From Candidatus Falkowbacteria bacterium RIFOXYD12_FULL_34_57 (lineage in GTDB: Bacteria > Patescibacteriota > Patescibacteriia > Patescibacteriales > UBA12075): DNA of 64,000 nucleotides. This document shows, piece after piece, positions 36,918 through 46,786 of the stretch; position 1 is the stretch's first letter, and each line of letters begins with the position of its first letter. Location: assembly GCA_001780285.1 (NCBI GenBank), contig MFGN01000005.1:138200-202199 (forward strand). Reading direction: 5' to 3'. A model generated the notes under the pieces. That model ran no database searches. It was given only the letters and a program-made list of their open reading frames with translations, and had not been told where the DNA came from. The position numbers and the translations under genes are program-made.

Positions 36918-37403
36918 ATGTCTAATAATGACCAAGAATTTGACGAGGAAGAAGCGGCTGACAGGCTGCAGCAGGAAAAGAATAAAAGTCAAAGCGCTTT
37001 AAAGGAAGTGGTGGCGGATGTGGCTACGGCGCCGGTCAGAATAGGGACAAGTAATTTATTGCGCAGCGCCTGGTTGTCCTTTTTTAGTGTTGTCGGCTTT
37101 ATATTTATCGGTTTGCCCTATATCAATCTGCATGCTTTCGGGCATTTTATTATGCCGAGTTTTTTTGCTAATTTGGGAGAAGAATGGGTGCCCGGGAGCG
37201 TCAAACAGTTTGCCGGAAGCCTGGGACAGGGAAGCATTTGGCTTACTATTATTGAATGGATTGCATTGATTGTTTTGGATATTGCAGTTTTGATTATAAT
37301 TATAGTAAGTTTAATGACTATTTTTATAATATTTGATATAGCACATGGGTGGTTTGGGTTTTTTCTTGACATATATTTAAAATTAAAAGGAGCTGTGAGC
37401 TAA
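36918..37403 (+). CDS. hypothetical membrane protein (acidic N-terminus, 3-4 TM)
   Basis: ATG at 36918 (track starts at GTG 36912). Hydrophobic segments SAWLSFFSVVGFIFIGLPYI and WLTIIEWIALIVLDIAVLIIIIVSLMTIFIIF. Confidence 0.6.
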   Translation: MSNNDQEFDEEEAADRLQQEKNKSQSALKEVVADVATAPVRIGTSNLLRSAWLSFFSVVGFIFIGLPYINLHAFGHFIMPSFFANLGEEWVPGSVKQFAGSLGQGSIWLTIIEWIALIVLDIAVLIIIIVSLMTIFIIFDIAHGWFGFFLDIYLKLKGAVS

Positions 37404-37419
37404 ATAATTTTTTATAAAC

Positions 37420-39978
37420 ATGAATAAAGTAAAAACAATTTTAAAAAGCAAGAATTTCAGAGTGTTTGTAATACTTTTAGTGTTTTGCTTTGCTTTTTTT
37501 ATATTTTCCAATATCGTTAGTGCACAAGAAGGTATAAGTGATTCTTGGATGAGAACAAGCCAAACATCACCAACTTCAACGCCAGACCCATTAGATTGGG
37601 TTAAGGGTAAGTTATTGGTCGGACTCGCCTGGGTAGTGTATGCCTTTGTGTGGGTTATCGGCCTTTTATTTATTTTTATTACCTTTTTATTGTCAAAGGT
37701 GGCAGCTTATAACAACTTTATTAATGTACAGACTGTTTCTATTGGATGGGGGATTGTGCGGGATCTGTGCAATATGTTTTTTATTTTGATTTTACTTGTA
37801 ATCGCTTTTGCCACAATTCTGCGGGTGGAGAGTTATAACGCTAAAAGGCTTCTGCCTAAGCTTTTGATTATGGCCGTATTAATCAATTTTTCCAAAATGA
37901 TCTGCGGCTACATTATAGATTTTTCTCAGGTGATTATGTTTACTTTTGTTAGTATTCTGGATAGCGGTAATAGTTGGAACAAATTACCGGAATTATTAGG
38001 TATAGATAAAATTATTGAAATAGTAAAAAATGGAAACGAAAATCCGGATTTTTCAGTTGGTGGAATAGAGGTAGTTGGATCATTAATAGCCGCTTTAATG
38101 GTTATGGTTGTGGCTTTTGCAGTAGTTTTGGCGATGTTGGTGATGCTTATTTTTAGGATTATTATGCTATGGGTATATGTAATCCTCTCCCCGATTGCTT
38201 TTTTAACAGCTACATTTCCAGCCGGACAAAAATACTCTTCCCAGTGGTGGGGCGAGTTTATGAAGCAGGTGGTTACCGGTCCGATTCTTGCTTTTTTCTT
38301 GTATTTAGCGCTCACCACCCTAGAAACTTCTCTTTCTACCACCCTATCTATTCAAAATAGTAATTTTGTCAGTAAATTTTCTACCGGATTCTGGGAGCCT
38401 GCTATGTTTCAGACTTATGCTATAACCCTAGCCCTGTTGGTTGGTGGACTGGTTGTTACTCAGCAGGCCGGGGGAATAGCCGGAAATATCGCCGGAAAAG
38501 CCCTGGGTGGCGCCAAAGGTGTGATCGGAAAGTATAGCGGAGCTAGAAGGGCAAAAGATCTGTACGGCAGATGGCAGAGCGAGAGGAAAGCGAAGATGGA
38601 GATGGCGGATCAAAAGAGATATGCTTCTCTTAAAACAATGGCTCAAGCTCCCGGTGCGGCACTTTCAGGATTGAGAAGAGCTGTAAGTCCGCCAACAACC
38701 CAAAGAACAGAAAAAGAAAAGATAAAGCATCGCGAAACGCAAAGAAAGAGAGAGGCAGAAGAACATATATTTAGCGCCTTAGAAAATTTACGAAACAGAA
38801 AAACCGGTGAGACATATACAAAAGGGGGATATACATATGAAAAAACTTCCGGAGTTTTGGGTGCGGGTATCAAGATAACGGATGCTAGCGGTAAACAGGT
38901 TGGTAGGGAAAAGAAATTTAAGAGTTTGGATTATAAAGCCGGATATAGAGATAAGATGAGTTCAGCTGCTCAAATCAAAGATAGTATTATGTCGAAAGAA
39001 ATAAACGAGGAGAAATCAAATATGCAGCATCTTTCGGGCGCTGAAATCAGGCAGATTGCTGCAAGCTCCGCCACGCCGCAAAAGAGAAAAATGGCAGCCT
39101 CTATGCTAGTGTCTGAAAAAGAGGCTTTTAGTAGTCAAGAACATTTGCAGAGCATGAAAAGCAATATTGAGAAAATTCCTACCCTACTTAAACAATTCAA
39201 TGAATCCGCCGATAAAAGCTATGGAATATGGAATAATAGCCGGGAAACATTTGAAGCAAAAGTTTCCGATGGTACTATTAATGTGGAGCGTTTAGACACA
39301 TCACAGCTGACAGCTGGCGTATTAGATCAAATACGAAACACGGTCGGCGCTGTTAAATATGGTAAAACCCTGGAAAATATGGGTAGAACCAAGGGGGATG
39401 CCGACAAGATAAAAGAGGTTTCACAGGAAAAGGTTAATGAACTTAACAAGAATCAGGATTATAGCGAAGAAGCTATGACCCACAGGCTGTTTAATGCCAG
39501 AAACTCAGGAAGCTTCATTGAATCAATGGACAGTATGGCATCTTTTCATAGCAACAAAAAAGCTCAAGAGGAAACAGGAAAAGCCATTGGCAGTGCCAAG
39601 GGTATTCATCTGGCAAAATTAAAAGAATTTAATTTTGATGCTGAAAAGGCAAAAGAGAATTATAAGAAAGAAATAGAGAGCGGGGTTATAAAGACAGATG
39701 ATATAGAGAATAGTATAGACGCTTTTAGAAAGCAGTTTCAGAATAATATCAGCGTTGCCCAATTGGATAGCGCCATGAAATCAGGAGAAGCAAATAATAA
39801 TCAAATGAAACAATTGGTACGCACCGCATATGCCAGCGGCAGAAAAGAAATTATGGATGGAATTATAAAGAATAATAATTTAAAATCTTTATTAAACGAA
39901 GAGCAATTAAGAGAGAAGAAAGAAGAAAAAAAGAATAAAGATAAAGAACCGCAGGGACCAGAAGCTGTACTAGTATAA
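37420..39978 (+). CDS. VirB6/TrbL-like polytopic T4SS channel protein with long hydrophilic C-terminal tail
   Basis: Signal peptide (FIFSNIVSAQEG) and about 7 TM helices over residues 60-370. Motif context resembles TrbL/VirB6 and PrgH/TcpH-type proteins. About 470-aa Lys/Glu-rich tail. Located in the T4SS gene neighbourhood. Confidence 0.5.
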   Translation: MNKVKTILKSKNFRVFVILLVFCFAFFIFSNIVSAQEGISDSWMRTSQTSPTSTPDPLDWVKGKLLVGLAWVVYAFVWVIGLLFIFITFLLSKVAAYNNFINVQTVSIGWGIVRDLCNMFFILILLVIAFATILRVESYNAKRLLPKLLIMAVLINFSKMICGYIIDFSQVIMFTFVSILDSGNSWNKLPELLGIDKIIEIVKNGNENPDFSVGGIEVVGSLIAALMVMVVAFAVVLAMLVMLIFRIIMLWVYVILSPIAFLTATFPAGQKYSSQWWGEFMKQVVTGPILAFFLYLALTTLETSLSTTLSIQNSNFVSKFSTGFWEPAMFQTYAITLALLVGGLVVTQQAGGIAGNIAGKALGGAKGVIGKYSGARRAKDLYGRWQSERKAKMEMADQKRYASLKTMAQAPGAALSGLRRAVSPPTTQRTEKEKIKHRETQRKREAEEHIFSALENLRNRKTGETYTKGGYTYEKTSGVLGAGIKITDASGKQVGREKKFKSLDYKAGYRDKMSSAAQIKDSIMSKEINEEKSNMQHLSGAEIRQIAASSATPQKRKMAASMLVSEKEAFSSQEHLQSMKSNIEKIPTLLKQFNESADKSYGIWNNSRETFEAKVSDGTINVERLDTSQLTAGVLDQIRNTVGAVKYGKTLENMGRTKGDADKIKEVSQEKVNELNKNQDYSEEAMTHRLFNARNSGSFIESMDSMASFHSNKKAQEETGKAIGSAKGIHLAKLKEFNFDAEKAKENYKKEIESGVIKTDDIENSIDAFRKQFQNNISVAQLDSAMKSGEANNNQMKQLVRTAYASGRKEIMDGIIKNNNLKSLLNEEQLREKKEEKKNKDKEPQGPEAVLV

Positions 39979-40025
39979 TATATTTTATTGTTACGGAAAT
40001 ACAGAAAATAAAAAATTAATACTTT

Positions 40026-40730
40026 ATGATTGATAATAATAAACAATTAAAAGATGAAATTTTTGATTTATTTCAGGAAAACTTAGTTGATGTTTTGCAA
40101 TTTGATGATCAGGATTTATTGTATGATTTAAATGATGATATTATTGACATCATTGTTTATGATAATATTTTTAAAAAAGAATTAGAAAATTCTCTTTATA
40201 AAAGCAGCGCTAAATTAACCAATAAAGAACTCCTTTTAGATGGTGATGCCCACATACCCAATGTTCAAAATTGGCTCAGTGATTTTATAAAGCAATATGG
40301 AAGCGGTTTTTTTGATAATGTTACATTATCCCGTTATATTACTTTTTCAGAAAATGTCAAAAAACTAGATGAAAATGAGAAAAATTTGGTTAAAAAATTG
40401 CTGCAGCTATACAGAAATTTAAAATTTTTTCCGGATAGCATGAAAGATATTCCTGTTGATGACTGGGAGATTGTTCCGATAGATAAATTTGTTGTAAAAA
40501 AACACTCCGAATTAAGCGGACCGCCAAAGACAAAGGGAGAAAAAGAAATTGAGAAGCTTAGACAGGAAGAAGGTGATTACGCGGAAAATAGTTTAGAGAG
40601 AAAAATGCTTGAAGAAGAAGTAGAAAAGAAAGAACAAATAGAAAATTTGCAATCAGAGGCAAATAAATATCCCCAAGGAAGCTTGGAAAAAAAGGCACTG
40701 GAATCGGAGATTAAAAAATTATTGAAATAG
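40026..40730 (+). CDS. hypothetical protein with C-terminal coiled-coil repeats
   Basis: ORF only. The C-terminus repeats ENSLERKMLEEEVEKK / QGSLEKKALESEIKKL. Confidence 0.55.
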   Translation: MIDNNKQLKDEIFDLFQENLVDVLQFDDQDLLYDLNDDIIDIIVYDNIFKKELENSLYKSSAKLTNKELLLDGDAHIPNVQNWLSDFIKQYGSGFFDNVTLSRYITFSENVKKLDENEKNLVKKLLQLYRNLKFFPDSMKDIPVDDWEIVPIDKFVVKKHSELSGPPKTKGEKEIEKLRQEEGDYAENSLERKMLEEEVEKKEQIENLQSEANKYPQGSLEKKALESEIKKLLK

Positions 40731-40801
40731 GGTAGAAAATAATTTTACATTTTAACTTGTCATTTTAATTTTTGATGTTTGCATTTTGATATTTATTAAT
40801 T

Positions 40802-42355
40802 ATGATTAATTATTTACAACAATTTAAAGAATTGCCGGCAGGCGTGAAAAGAAATATTTCTTCTCCCGATGTAATGAAAGAGGTTGAAATATTGGAAAAA
40901 GAATATGGAATTAGTTTAGCCACTTTAATAATGCGCGTCATGGTAAAGAATATAAAATTTGTGGATTTGGTAAGATATTTTATTTTTGAAGAAAATTTTA
41001 ATATTGAAAAAGCTGAAAAATTAGTAGAGGAACTCAGGGAAAAAGTTTTTAAGAATTCTTTGGTATATTTAGGAGTAGAACAAAGTGTTTCACCTGAAAT
41101 AGATGAAATAGAAATTGGAGGTAGGGAGGCCCTTGATGAAAAACTTAATATTATTGAAATAAATGAAGAAGAAGCGTTGACCCCAAAAAAGAAAGAAGCA
41201 GAATCCGCAGTACAAGGTTCAGATTTTTTCTTTTCTCCGGAAGATGAAGAAGAGGTGAAAAATCTGGCTCAGGCCCTGCAGCATACAGATAAGAGGGAAG
41301 ATCATAAAAGTAATTTGAAAAATCAGGTTTTAAATATAATGAATCAGATGAATATTAGCTTTAGTTCAGATGATGTAAAAGCTAGGTGTGAGAAGGCTAT
41401 AAATACATATTTGAGGGGTGTACGAAATAAAATAGATACAAGACAAACACTCGCTCGAGCTGTGCATCTTGGAGGGGTGGGTCTCCAAGAAGAGGAGATA
41501 GACAAAATATTTTCAATATCTGATAAAGTAAAATTTTCAGAAACGCATGATTATACATTGTTAAAACATGACAAAAAAGATGAATATGAAAAAGAAAAAT
41601 TAAAAAATATCGGTGCCCGTGATGCGGCTTATGATTTTAGTAAATTAGCAGAAAAGTCAAAAGATCAAAAAGTTAAATTGAAAGTCGATGGTCAAGAGTT
41701 GAAGGTTTATAAAACTGAAAATCAAAAAAAACTAGTTACTCCAGAGGAGGCGGTAGAAATTCGTGACAAGACAAATAATAATGATAAGGCAGAGCAAGTT
41801 CAGGTTAAAAATATTGAAATATTAAATTCTGTAAAAAAAGAAACGGATAAACAGGAAGATTTGTCTCCAAGAGAAAAAATAGCACTACAGCCAACAAATG
41901 AACCTCGGATTGAAATTTCTCCTGTTAGTGAACACAGTGAAATGGTCGGTGGGGGGAATATTGCCAGCGTCAGAAAGATGTCGGCGGGTGATGGAAAAGT
42001 AAAAATGGAAGATGTGAAATTTGTTCCTAAGCTCTTGGGACCAATTGAAGAATTAAAAGAAATAGATTTAGTTAATTTTAGACGATTAGACTCTGATCCA
42101 AATAAGGCTATATTTAAAATTAATAATAAAATCAAATTTTTAGAAGAAGAATCTTTTGCTAAAAGACTTGCGGGTATAAAGGCGTGGAGGCAAAGTAAAA
42201 TTAATACCCTATATTTAAATATGGGCAGAGAAAGTATCAACATCCAGAAGCCAATAGAAGATATCATTAATATTAGAAAAAATAATAATCAGGAATATTT
42301 AACCATTGAAGAATTTTCAGCAGTAATGGATTTGAATAAAGGTTTAAGATTCTAG
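40802..42355 (+). CDS. hypothetical protein (517 aa, charged/low-complexity centre)
   Basis: ORF only; no recognised motif. Confidence 0.55.
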   Translation: MINYLQQFKELPAGVKRNISSPDVMKEVEILEKEYGISLATLIMRVMVKNIKFVDLVRYFIFEENFNIEKAEKLVEELREKVFKNSLVYLGVEQSVSPEIDEIEIGGREALDEKLNIIEINEEEALTPKKKEAESAVQGSDFFFSPEDEEEVKNLAQALQHTDKREDHKSNLKNQVLNIMNQMNISFSSDDVKARCEKAINTYLRGVRNKIDTRQTLARAVHLGGVGLQEEEIDKIFSISDKVKFSETHDYTLLKHDKKDEYEKEKLKNIGARDAAYDFSKLAEKSKDQKVKLKVDGQELKVYKTENQKKLVTPEEAVEIRDKTNNNDKAEQVQVKNIEILNSVKKETDKQEDLSPREKIALQPTNEPRIEISPVSEHSEMVGGGNIASVRKMSAGDGKVKMEDVKFVPKLLGPIEELKEIDLVNFRRLDSDPNKAIFKINNKIKFLEEESFAKRLAGIKAWRQSKINTLYLNMGRESINIQKPIEDIINIRKNNNQEYLTIEEFSAVMDLNKGLRF

Positions 42356-42496
42356 TTATTTTAACATTCAAATATTTTAACATGTTAGCATATATAAATG
42401 CAGGACTTACACATTTGTCTATAAAAACGTAAAATTCTATCAAACGCGTAAGCCCTGAAATGTTTAGTTTGTATAACTAAATACACATCTCTTGTC

Positions 42497-42537
42497 ATGT
42501 TAAAATGCTGAAATGTTAAGGTGTTAACATAAAAATT
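42497..42537 (+). promoter_or_regulatory. ATGTTAAA octamer array with extended -10-like TGTTAAAAT and a 4-codon mini-ORF
   Basis: Octamers atgttaaa|atgctgaa|atgttaag|gtgttaac|ataaaaat. TGTTAAAAT (42498-42506), 6 nt, ATG 42513 (MLRC-stop, TAA 42525-42527). The real ATG at 42538 has no SD. Confidence 0.4.
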
Positions 42538-42990
42538 ATGCAACAATTTACGGTCCCACAATTTATAGATGTTGAAGATAAAATTATTGGTCCGATTACC
42601 ACCAGACAGTTTTTGATTATGCTTGCCGGTTGTATGTTGGTTGCCATTTTGTATAAATTATTAGATTTTACCGCATTTTTAACATTCTCCGTGCTTATTT
42701 TTGCCGTTTTTGGCTCATTGGCATTTTTTAAAATCAATGGCATGGCTATGCATTTTTTTATTCTTAATTTTTTAGAAACATTAAGAAAGGCTCCCAAGCG
42801 CGTATGGGATCACACCAGAAAAAAAGAATGGGGAAAAGAGATTGAAGATGATATAAAAATAGAAATAAAGGAAATCATACCAGTAAAAGAATTCAGCGGT
42901 TCTAGGCTTGGTGAATTATCTTTGATTGTGGATACTAGGGGAATGTATAGGGGGGAAGGAAGGGAAAAGGTAAAAGAGTTGGATTTATAG
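42538..42990 (+). CDS. PrgI/VirB3-like small T4SS membrane protein
   Basis: N-terminus MQQFTVPQFIDVEDKIIGPITTRQFLIML followed by two TM helices, as in PrgI-family proteins encoded upstream of VirB4 in Gram-positive-type T4SS. Confidence 0.6.
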   Translation: MQQFTVPQFIDVEDKIIGPITTRQFLIMLAGCMLVAILYKLLDFTAFLTFSVLIFAVFGSLAFFKINGMAMHFFILNFLETLRKAPKRVWDHTRKKEWGKEIEDDIKIEIKEIIPVKEFSGSRLGELSLIVDTRGMYRGEGREKVKELDL

Positions 42991-43157
42991 TGAGAAAATT
43001 ACAAGCAAGAAGCATCAAATCACAAATAGCAATTTAAATACAAAATAAAAATTAATAAAATTATTACTATAAACAATGTTTGATTTTTTTAATTTGTGAT
43101 TTTTGTTAAGATTAAAACATATTTCAGATTGTATTTATAATAGTAAGTTAATATATT

Positions 43158-43841
43158 ATGGCTCAGAATAAATTAGTGAGAAATAAAATTTCGTCTTCTA
43201 CCCAGGAATATCTGGATATTGCTGAAATTAAAGAAGATACGGTAATAATGAGAGATGGCACCCTGCGCAGCGTAATACTTGTTTCAAGTATAAATTTTGC
43301 TTTAAAAAGTGAGGATGAACAAAATGCTATAATTGCCGCCTATGTAGGATTTTTAAACAATATAGATTTTCCCCTGCAGATAGTGATTCAGTCCCGCGAA
43401 TCAAATATAGAAAATTATTTAAATAGTTTAAGGCAAAAAGAAAAAGAGCAGACTAATGAGCTTTTAAAAATGCAAATTGGGGAATATTTGCAGTATATTA
43501 ATGAACTTATTGCTATGAGCAAGATAATGAATAAAAGATTTTATGTAGTGGTTCCGTATAACCCCATGACAGATAACCAGAAGAATTTTTTTTCTAGAGT
43601 TTTGGATGTATTTAAGCCGGCTACTATTATAAAAATGAAAACATCATTATTTGAGCATAGAAAAAAGGAATTGAGTAAAAGAATAGACAATATTATGTCC
43701 GGTCTTAGTTCTATCGGCCTTAATGCCGTGCCGCTTGATACACAAGGACTGATAGAATTGTATTTTAATTCATATAATCCGATTACTTCAGCTAATCAAA
43801 ATTTAACAGATGTAAATCAATTAAGAGTAGAGAAAGACTAA
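43158..43841 (+). CDS. VirB4/TrbE N-terminal-domain-like protein (separate ORF)
   Basis: EYLDIAEIKEDTVIMRDGTLRSVILVSSINFALKSEDEQNAIIAAYVGFLNNIDFPLQIVIQS resembles the N-terminal domain of VirB4/PrgJ ATPases. Located directly upstream of the ATPase ORF. Confidence 0.55.
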   Translation: MAQNKLVRNKISSSTQEYLDIAEIKEDTVIMRDGTLRSVILVSSINFALKSEDEQNAIIAAYVGFLNNIDFPLQIVIQSRESNIENYLNSLRQKEKEQTNELLKMQIGEYLQYINELIAMSKIMNKRFYVVVPYNPMTDNQKNFFSRVLDVFKPATIIKMKTSLFEHRKKELSKRIDNIMSGLSSIGLNAVPLDTQGLIELYFNSYNPITSANQNLTDVNQLRVEKD

Positions 43842-43844
43842 ATT

Positions 43845-43962
43845 CTCGTAACTCGTAACACATAACTCGTAACTATTATTTTTTGCCTTTGGCAAAAAAA
43901 TGAATTGTCGTGTAACAATGATGATATATAAAAGTTATGAGTTATGAGTTCCAAGTTATGAG
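43845..43962. repeat. nested hairpin element with heptamer-repeat arms between the two VirB4 ORFs
   Basis: The 5-prime arm ctcgtaactcgtaacacataactcgtaac (43845-43873) pairs with gttatgagttatgagttccaagttatgag (43934-43962): 24/29 Watson-Crick plus 2 G-U. An inner hairpin tttttgcc-ttt-ggcaaaaa lies at about 43880-43900. Confidence 0.75.
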
Positions 43963-43970
43963 TAAAAATT

Positions 43971-45881
43971 ATGTTTAAACCACAACAAGCAAAACAACAG
44001 GATATAGAAATAGAAGAAAAGAAAAAAAGGGAAGATGCGCAAAAAACCAAAGAAATAAGCCAATCAGTTGAAATTACCAAGGAATATATTGAAGAAGAAA
44101 AAGCTTATAGAAGGGGGATAGTGTCTATCCGTGATTTAATTGCTCCTGCTAGCATGAAGGTCAACCCAAGCTTTATTGTTTTGGGAGATCAATATATCCG
44201 CACATTATTTGTTATTACATACCCTCGCTATATTAGCGTGGGATGGTTTGCCCCCATTATTAACCTGAATTCAACTTTTGATGTGGCCATGTTTTTCTAT
44301 CCTGTTGCCAGTTCTGTAATATTAAAACAACTAAAAAAGAAAGTTGGAAATCTGGAAGCGCAGATTATATCTGATGCCGAAAAAGGAGCAGCTCGCGATC
44401 CTTTGCGCGAAACAGCTCTTCGGGATATCGAAGCTCTTCGCGATGCCCTTACTCAGGGAATAGAGAAATTTTTTCAATTTGCGCTTTATTGTACGCTATA
44501 TGCTGATTCAAAAGAAGAATTGGAGCGCATGACATCCGAATTGGAAAATATTTTTGGCTCTCGTCTGGTTTATTCCAAAAAAGTTTTTTATCAATCGGAA
44601 CAAGGTTTTAATTCCACCCTGCCGCTTTGCAATGATGAATTAGCTATAACATTTAACATGAATTCTTCTCCAATAGCATCTTCTTTTCCTTTTATTTCCA
44701 GTGAACTTACAACCGATAATGGAATTCTTTATGGTATAAACAGACATAACAACAGCTTGATTTTATTTGATAGATTTAGTTTGCAAAACGCCAATACGGT
44801 TGTGTTTGCCACATCTGGTGCGGGAAAAAGTTATGCTATTAAGCTTGAAATTTTGAGATCTTTAATGCTCGGAACAGAGATTATTATTATTGATCCGGAA
44901 TATGAATATAAACATTTGTCGGATGCTGTAGGAGGAACATATATTAATGTTTCGCTTTCCAGTGAAAATAAGATAAATCCCTTTGATCTGCCTAGGGCGC
45001 TGGAAGGGGATTCTAAACCGGGAGACATTATCCGCAGCGCGGTAATTACCATGAAGGGCTTGGTGCGGTTAATGTTGGGAAAACTAAATCATACCGAAGA
45101 TTCGATTGTAGATCGCGCGCTGCTTGAGACTTATGCCAAAAAAGACATTACCGCAGATTCTGATCTTTCTAAGATTGAACCGCCGATTATGCAAGATTTT
45201 CAGGATATCTTAGAAGGTATGGATGGTGGAACAGAGCTTGCCCAAAGAATTCAAAAATATACGCAAGGAACTTTTTCCGGCCTTTTTAATAATCCAACAA
45301 ATGTTAAAATGGAAAATCAATTGGTTAGTTTTTCAGTAAGAGATTTAGAGGACGAGCTTCGACCGATTGCTATTTACATGATTGTAAATTACATTTGGAA
45401 TGTGGTTCGAAGCGAGAGGAAAAAAAGAATATTAGTAATTGACGAAGCTTGGTGGCTGATGCAATATGAGGACAGCGCCAAATTTATTTATGCGCTTGTA
45501 AAGCGTTGTCGAAAGTATTATTTAGGCGTAACCACTATTACCCAGGATGTAAATGATTTTCTTGCCTCACCCTATGGTCAAGCCATTGTTACCAATTCCG
45601 CCCTACAATTATTATTAAAACAATCTTCGGTGGCTATAGATTTGGTGCAAAAAACATTTGCCCTGACAGAAGGAGAAAAATATCTACTTTTAGAATGTGG
45701 CGTGGGCGAGGGTATATTTTTTGCCGGAAGCAAGCATGCGGCCATCAAGGTAGTTGCTTCTTATACTGAAGACCAATTAATTACATCAGATCCGCGCCAG
45801 CTGCTTGAAATAGAGGAAGCAAAAAAAGAATTTGCCGCCAGGATGGGAGAGGATAGTGATGAAAATGAAAAGGGGGATTAG
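43971..45881 (+). CDS. virB4: VirB4/TrbE-family T4SS ATPase (ATPase portion)
   Basis: Walker A VFATSGAGKSY, Walker B RILVIDEAWWLM, IIIDPEYEY, and the C-terminal QSS...L region typical of VirB4/PrgJ. Confidence 0.85.
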   Translation: MFKPQQAKQQDIEIEEKKKREDAQKTKEISQSVEITKEYIEEEKAYRRGIVSIRDLIAPASMKVNPSFIVLGDQYIRTLFVITYPRYISVGWFAPIINLNSTFDVAMFFYPVASSVILKQLKKKVGNLEAQIISDAEKGAARDPLRETALRDIEALRDALTQGIEKFFQFALYCTLYADSKEELERMTSELENIFGSRLVYSKKVFYQSEQGFNSTLPLCNDELAITFNMNSSPIASSFPFISSELTTDNGILYGINRHNNSLILFDRFSLQNANTVVFATSGAGKSYAIKLEILRSLMLGTEIIIIDPEYEYKHLSDAVGGTYINVSLSSENKINPFDLPRALEGDSKPGDIIRSAVITMKGLVRLMLGKLNHTEDSIVDRALLETYAKKDITADSDLSKIEPPIMQDFQDILEGMDGGTELAQRIQKYTQGTFSGLFNNPTNVKMENQLVSFSVRDLEDELRPIAIYMIVNYIWNVVRSERKKRILVIDEAWWLMQYEDSAKFIYALVKRCRKYYLGVTTITQDVNDFLASPYGQAIVTNSALQLLLKQSSVAIDLVQKTFALTEGEKYLLLECGVGEGIFFAGSKHAAIKVVASYTEDQLITSDPRQLLEIEEAKKEFAARMGEDSDENEKGD

Positions 45882-45982
45882 AAAATAATTTAAAATTTAA
45901 AGCACATAATAGTCATTTAAAATAAAATTAAAATAATTTAATAAAATAATGAAAATGAATTTGTAAGGTGTCTATTTGGGGG

Positions 45983-46034
45983 TTGATAGGCTTTAGGGGT
46001 TGTAAATATTTTTGAATCCCTAGCTATCAATTTT
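45983..46034 (+). terminator. possible terminator/structured element after virB4
   Basis: Two-part stem ttgatag/ctatcaa plus taggg/cccta, followed by TTTT. Confidence 0.3.
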
Positions 46035-46091
46035 AAATTCCCGCTTACCGCAGCAGACGAAACACATTTTACATTTTGATTTAACATTATT

Positions 46092-46745
46092 ATGAACAAA
46101 AAAGCTGTAGGAATTTTTATAATATTATTTGGTTTGTTAATGATATCTTTTATAGTATATATATTGTTTTTTAGTAATCTGAAAGCTGAATTTCCGGTAA
46201 ATACCGTAAACATTCAACCGGAACAGGGAAATGAAAATGTAGCTGCAAAAATTATTGAAGGTAAAAAAATAAAGGTTAATTTAAATGCTTTTTCCCCAAA
46301 TGAAGCAATAATAGAGGAGGATGGGGTGATTATTGAGGGTGACATACAAAACAGCCCCAAGAAAAATTTAATGAGAATAGCATCTTCTTTTGCTGAAAGA
46401 CTTGGAAGTTATTCTAATCAATCAAACTTTAATAATATAAAAGATTTGGATGTCTTTATGAGTAAAAAAATGCAAAAATGGGCTAATGATTATATTGTTC
46501 AGAAGAATAAAGAAAATATAATGAGTGAAGTATATTATGGAATTATTACACAATCAACAGATGCGCAAGTTGAGGATATTGATGAAGATGCGGGGACGGC
46601 ATCGGTTTTAGTTAAAACTCGTAGAAGAGAATTTTTAGGTTCAAAAGAAAACGCTTCAGATGTTTTTGCACAAAATATAATAGTTGACTATATAAAGGAG
46701 AGCGGAATATGGAAAGTAAATGAAGCAACTTGGCAAGTAAGATAG
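46092..46745 (+). CDS. N-terminally anchored hypothetical protein, possible VirB8/TcpC-like (NTF2-like) component
   Basis: A single N-terminal TM helix plus a globular region of about 190 aa. The helix-then-beta pattern (…ASVLVKTRRREF…QNIIVDYIKESGIWKVNE) and the position after VirB4 are the only support for the VirB8-like idea. Confidence 0.5.
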   Translation: MNKKAVGIFIILFGLLMISFIVYILFFSNLKAEFPVNTVNIQPEQGNENVAAKIIEGKKIKVNLNAFSPNEAIIEEDGVIIEGDIQNSPKKNLMRIASSFAERLGSYSNQSNFNNIKDLDVFMSKKMQKWANDYIVQKNKENIMSEVYYGIITQSTDAQVEDIDEDAGTASVLVKTRRREFLGSKENASDVFAQNIIVDYIKESGIWKVNEATWQVR

Positions 46746-46786
46746 TATTTATAAAGATTAATTAAAAATAATTTAACAATACAGCA

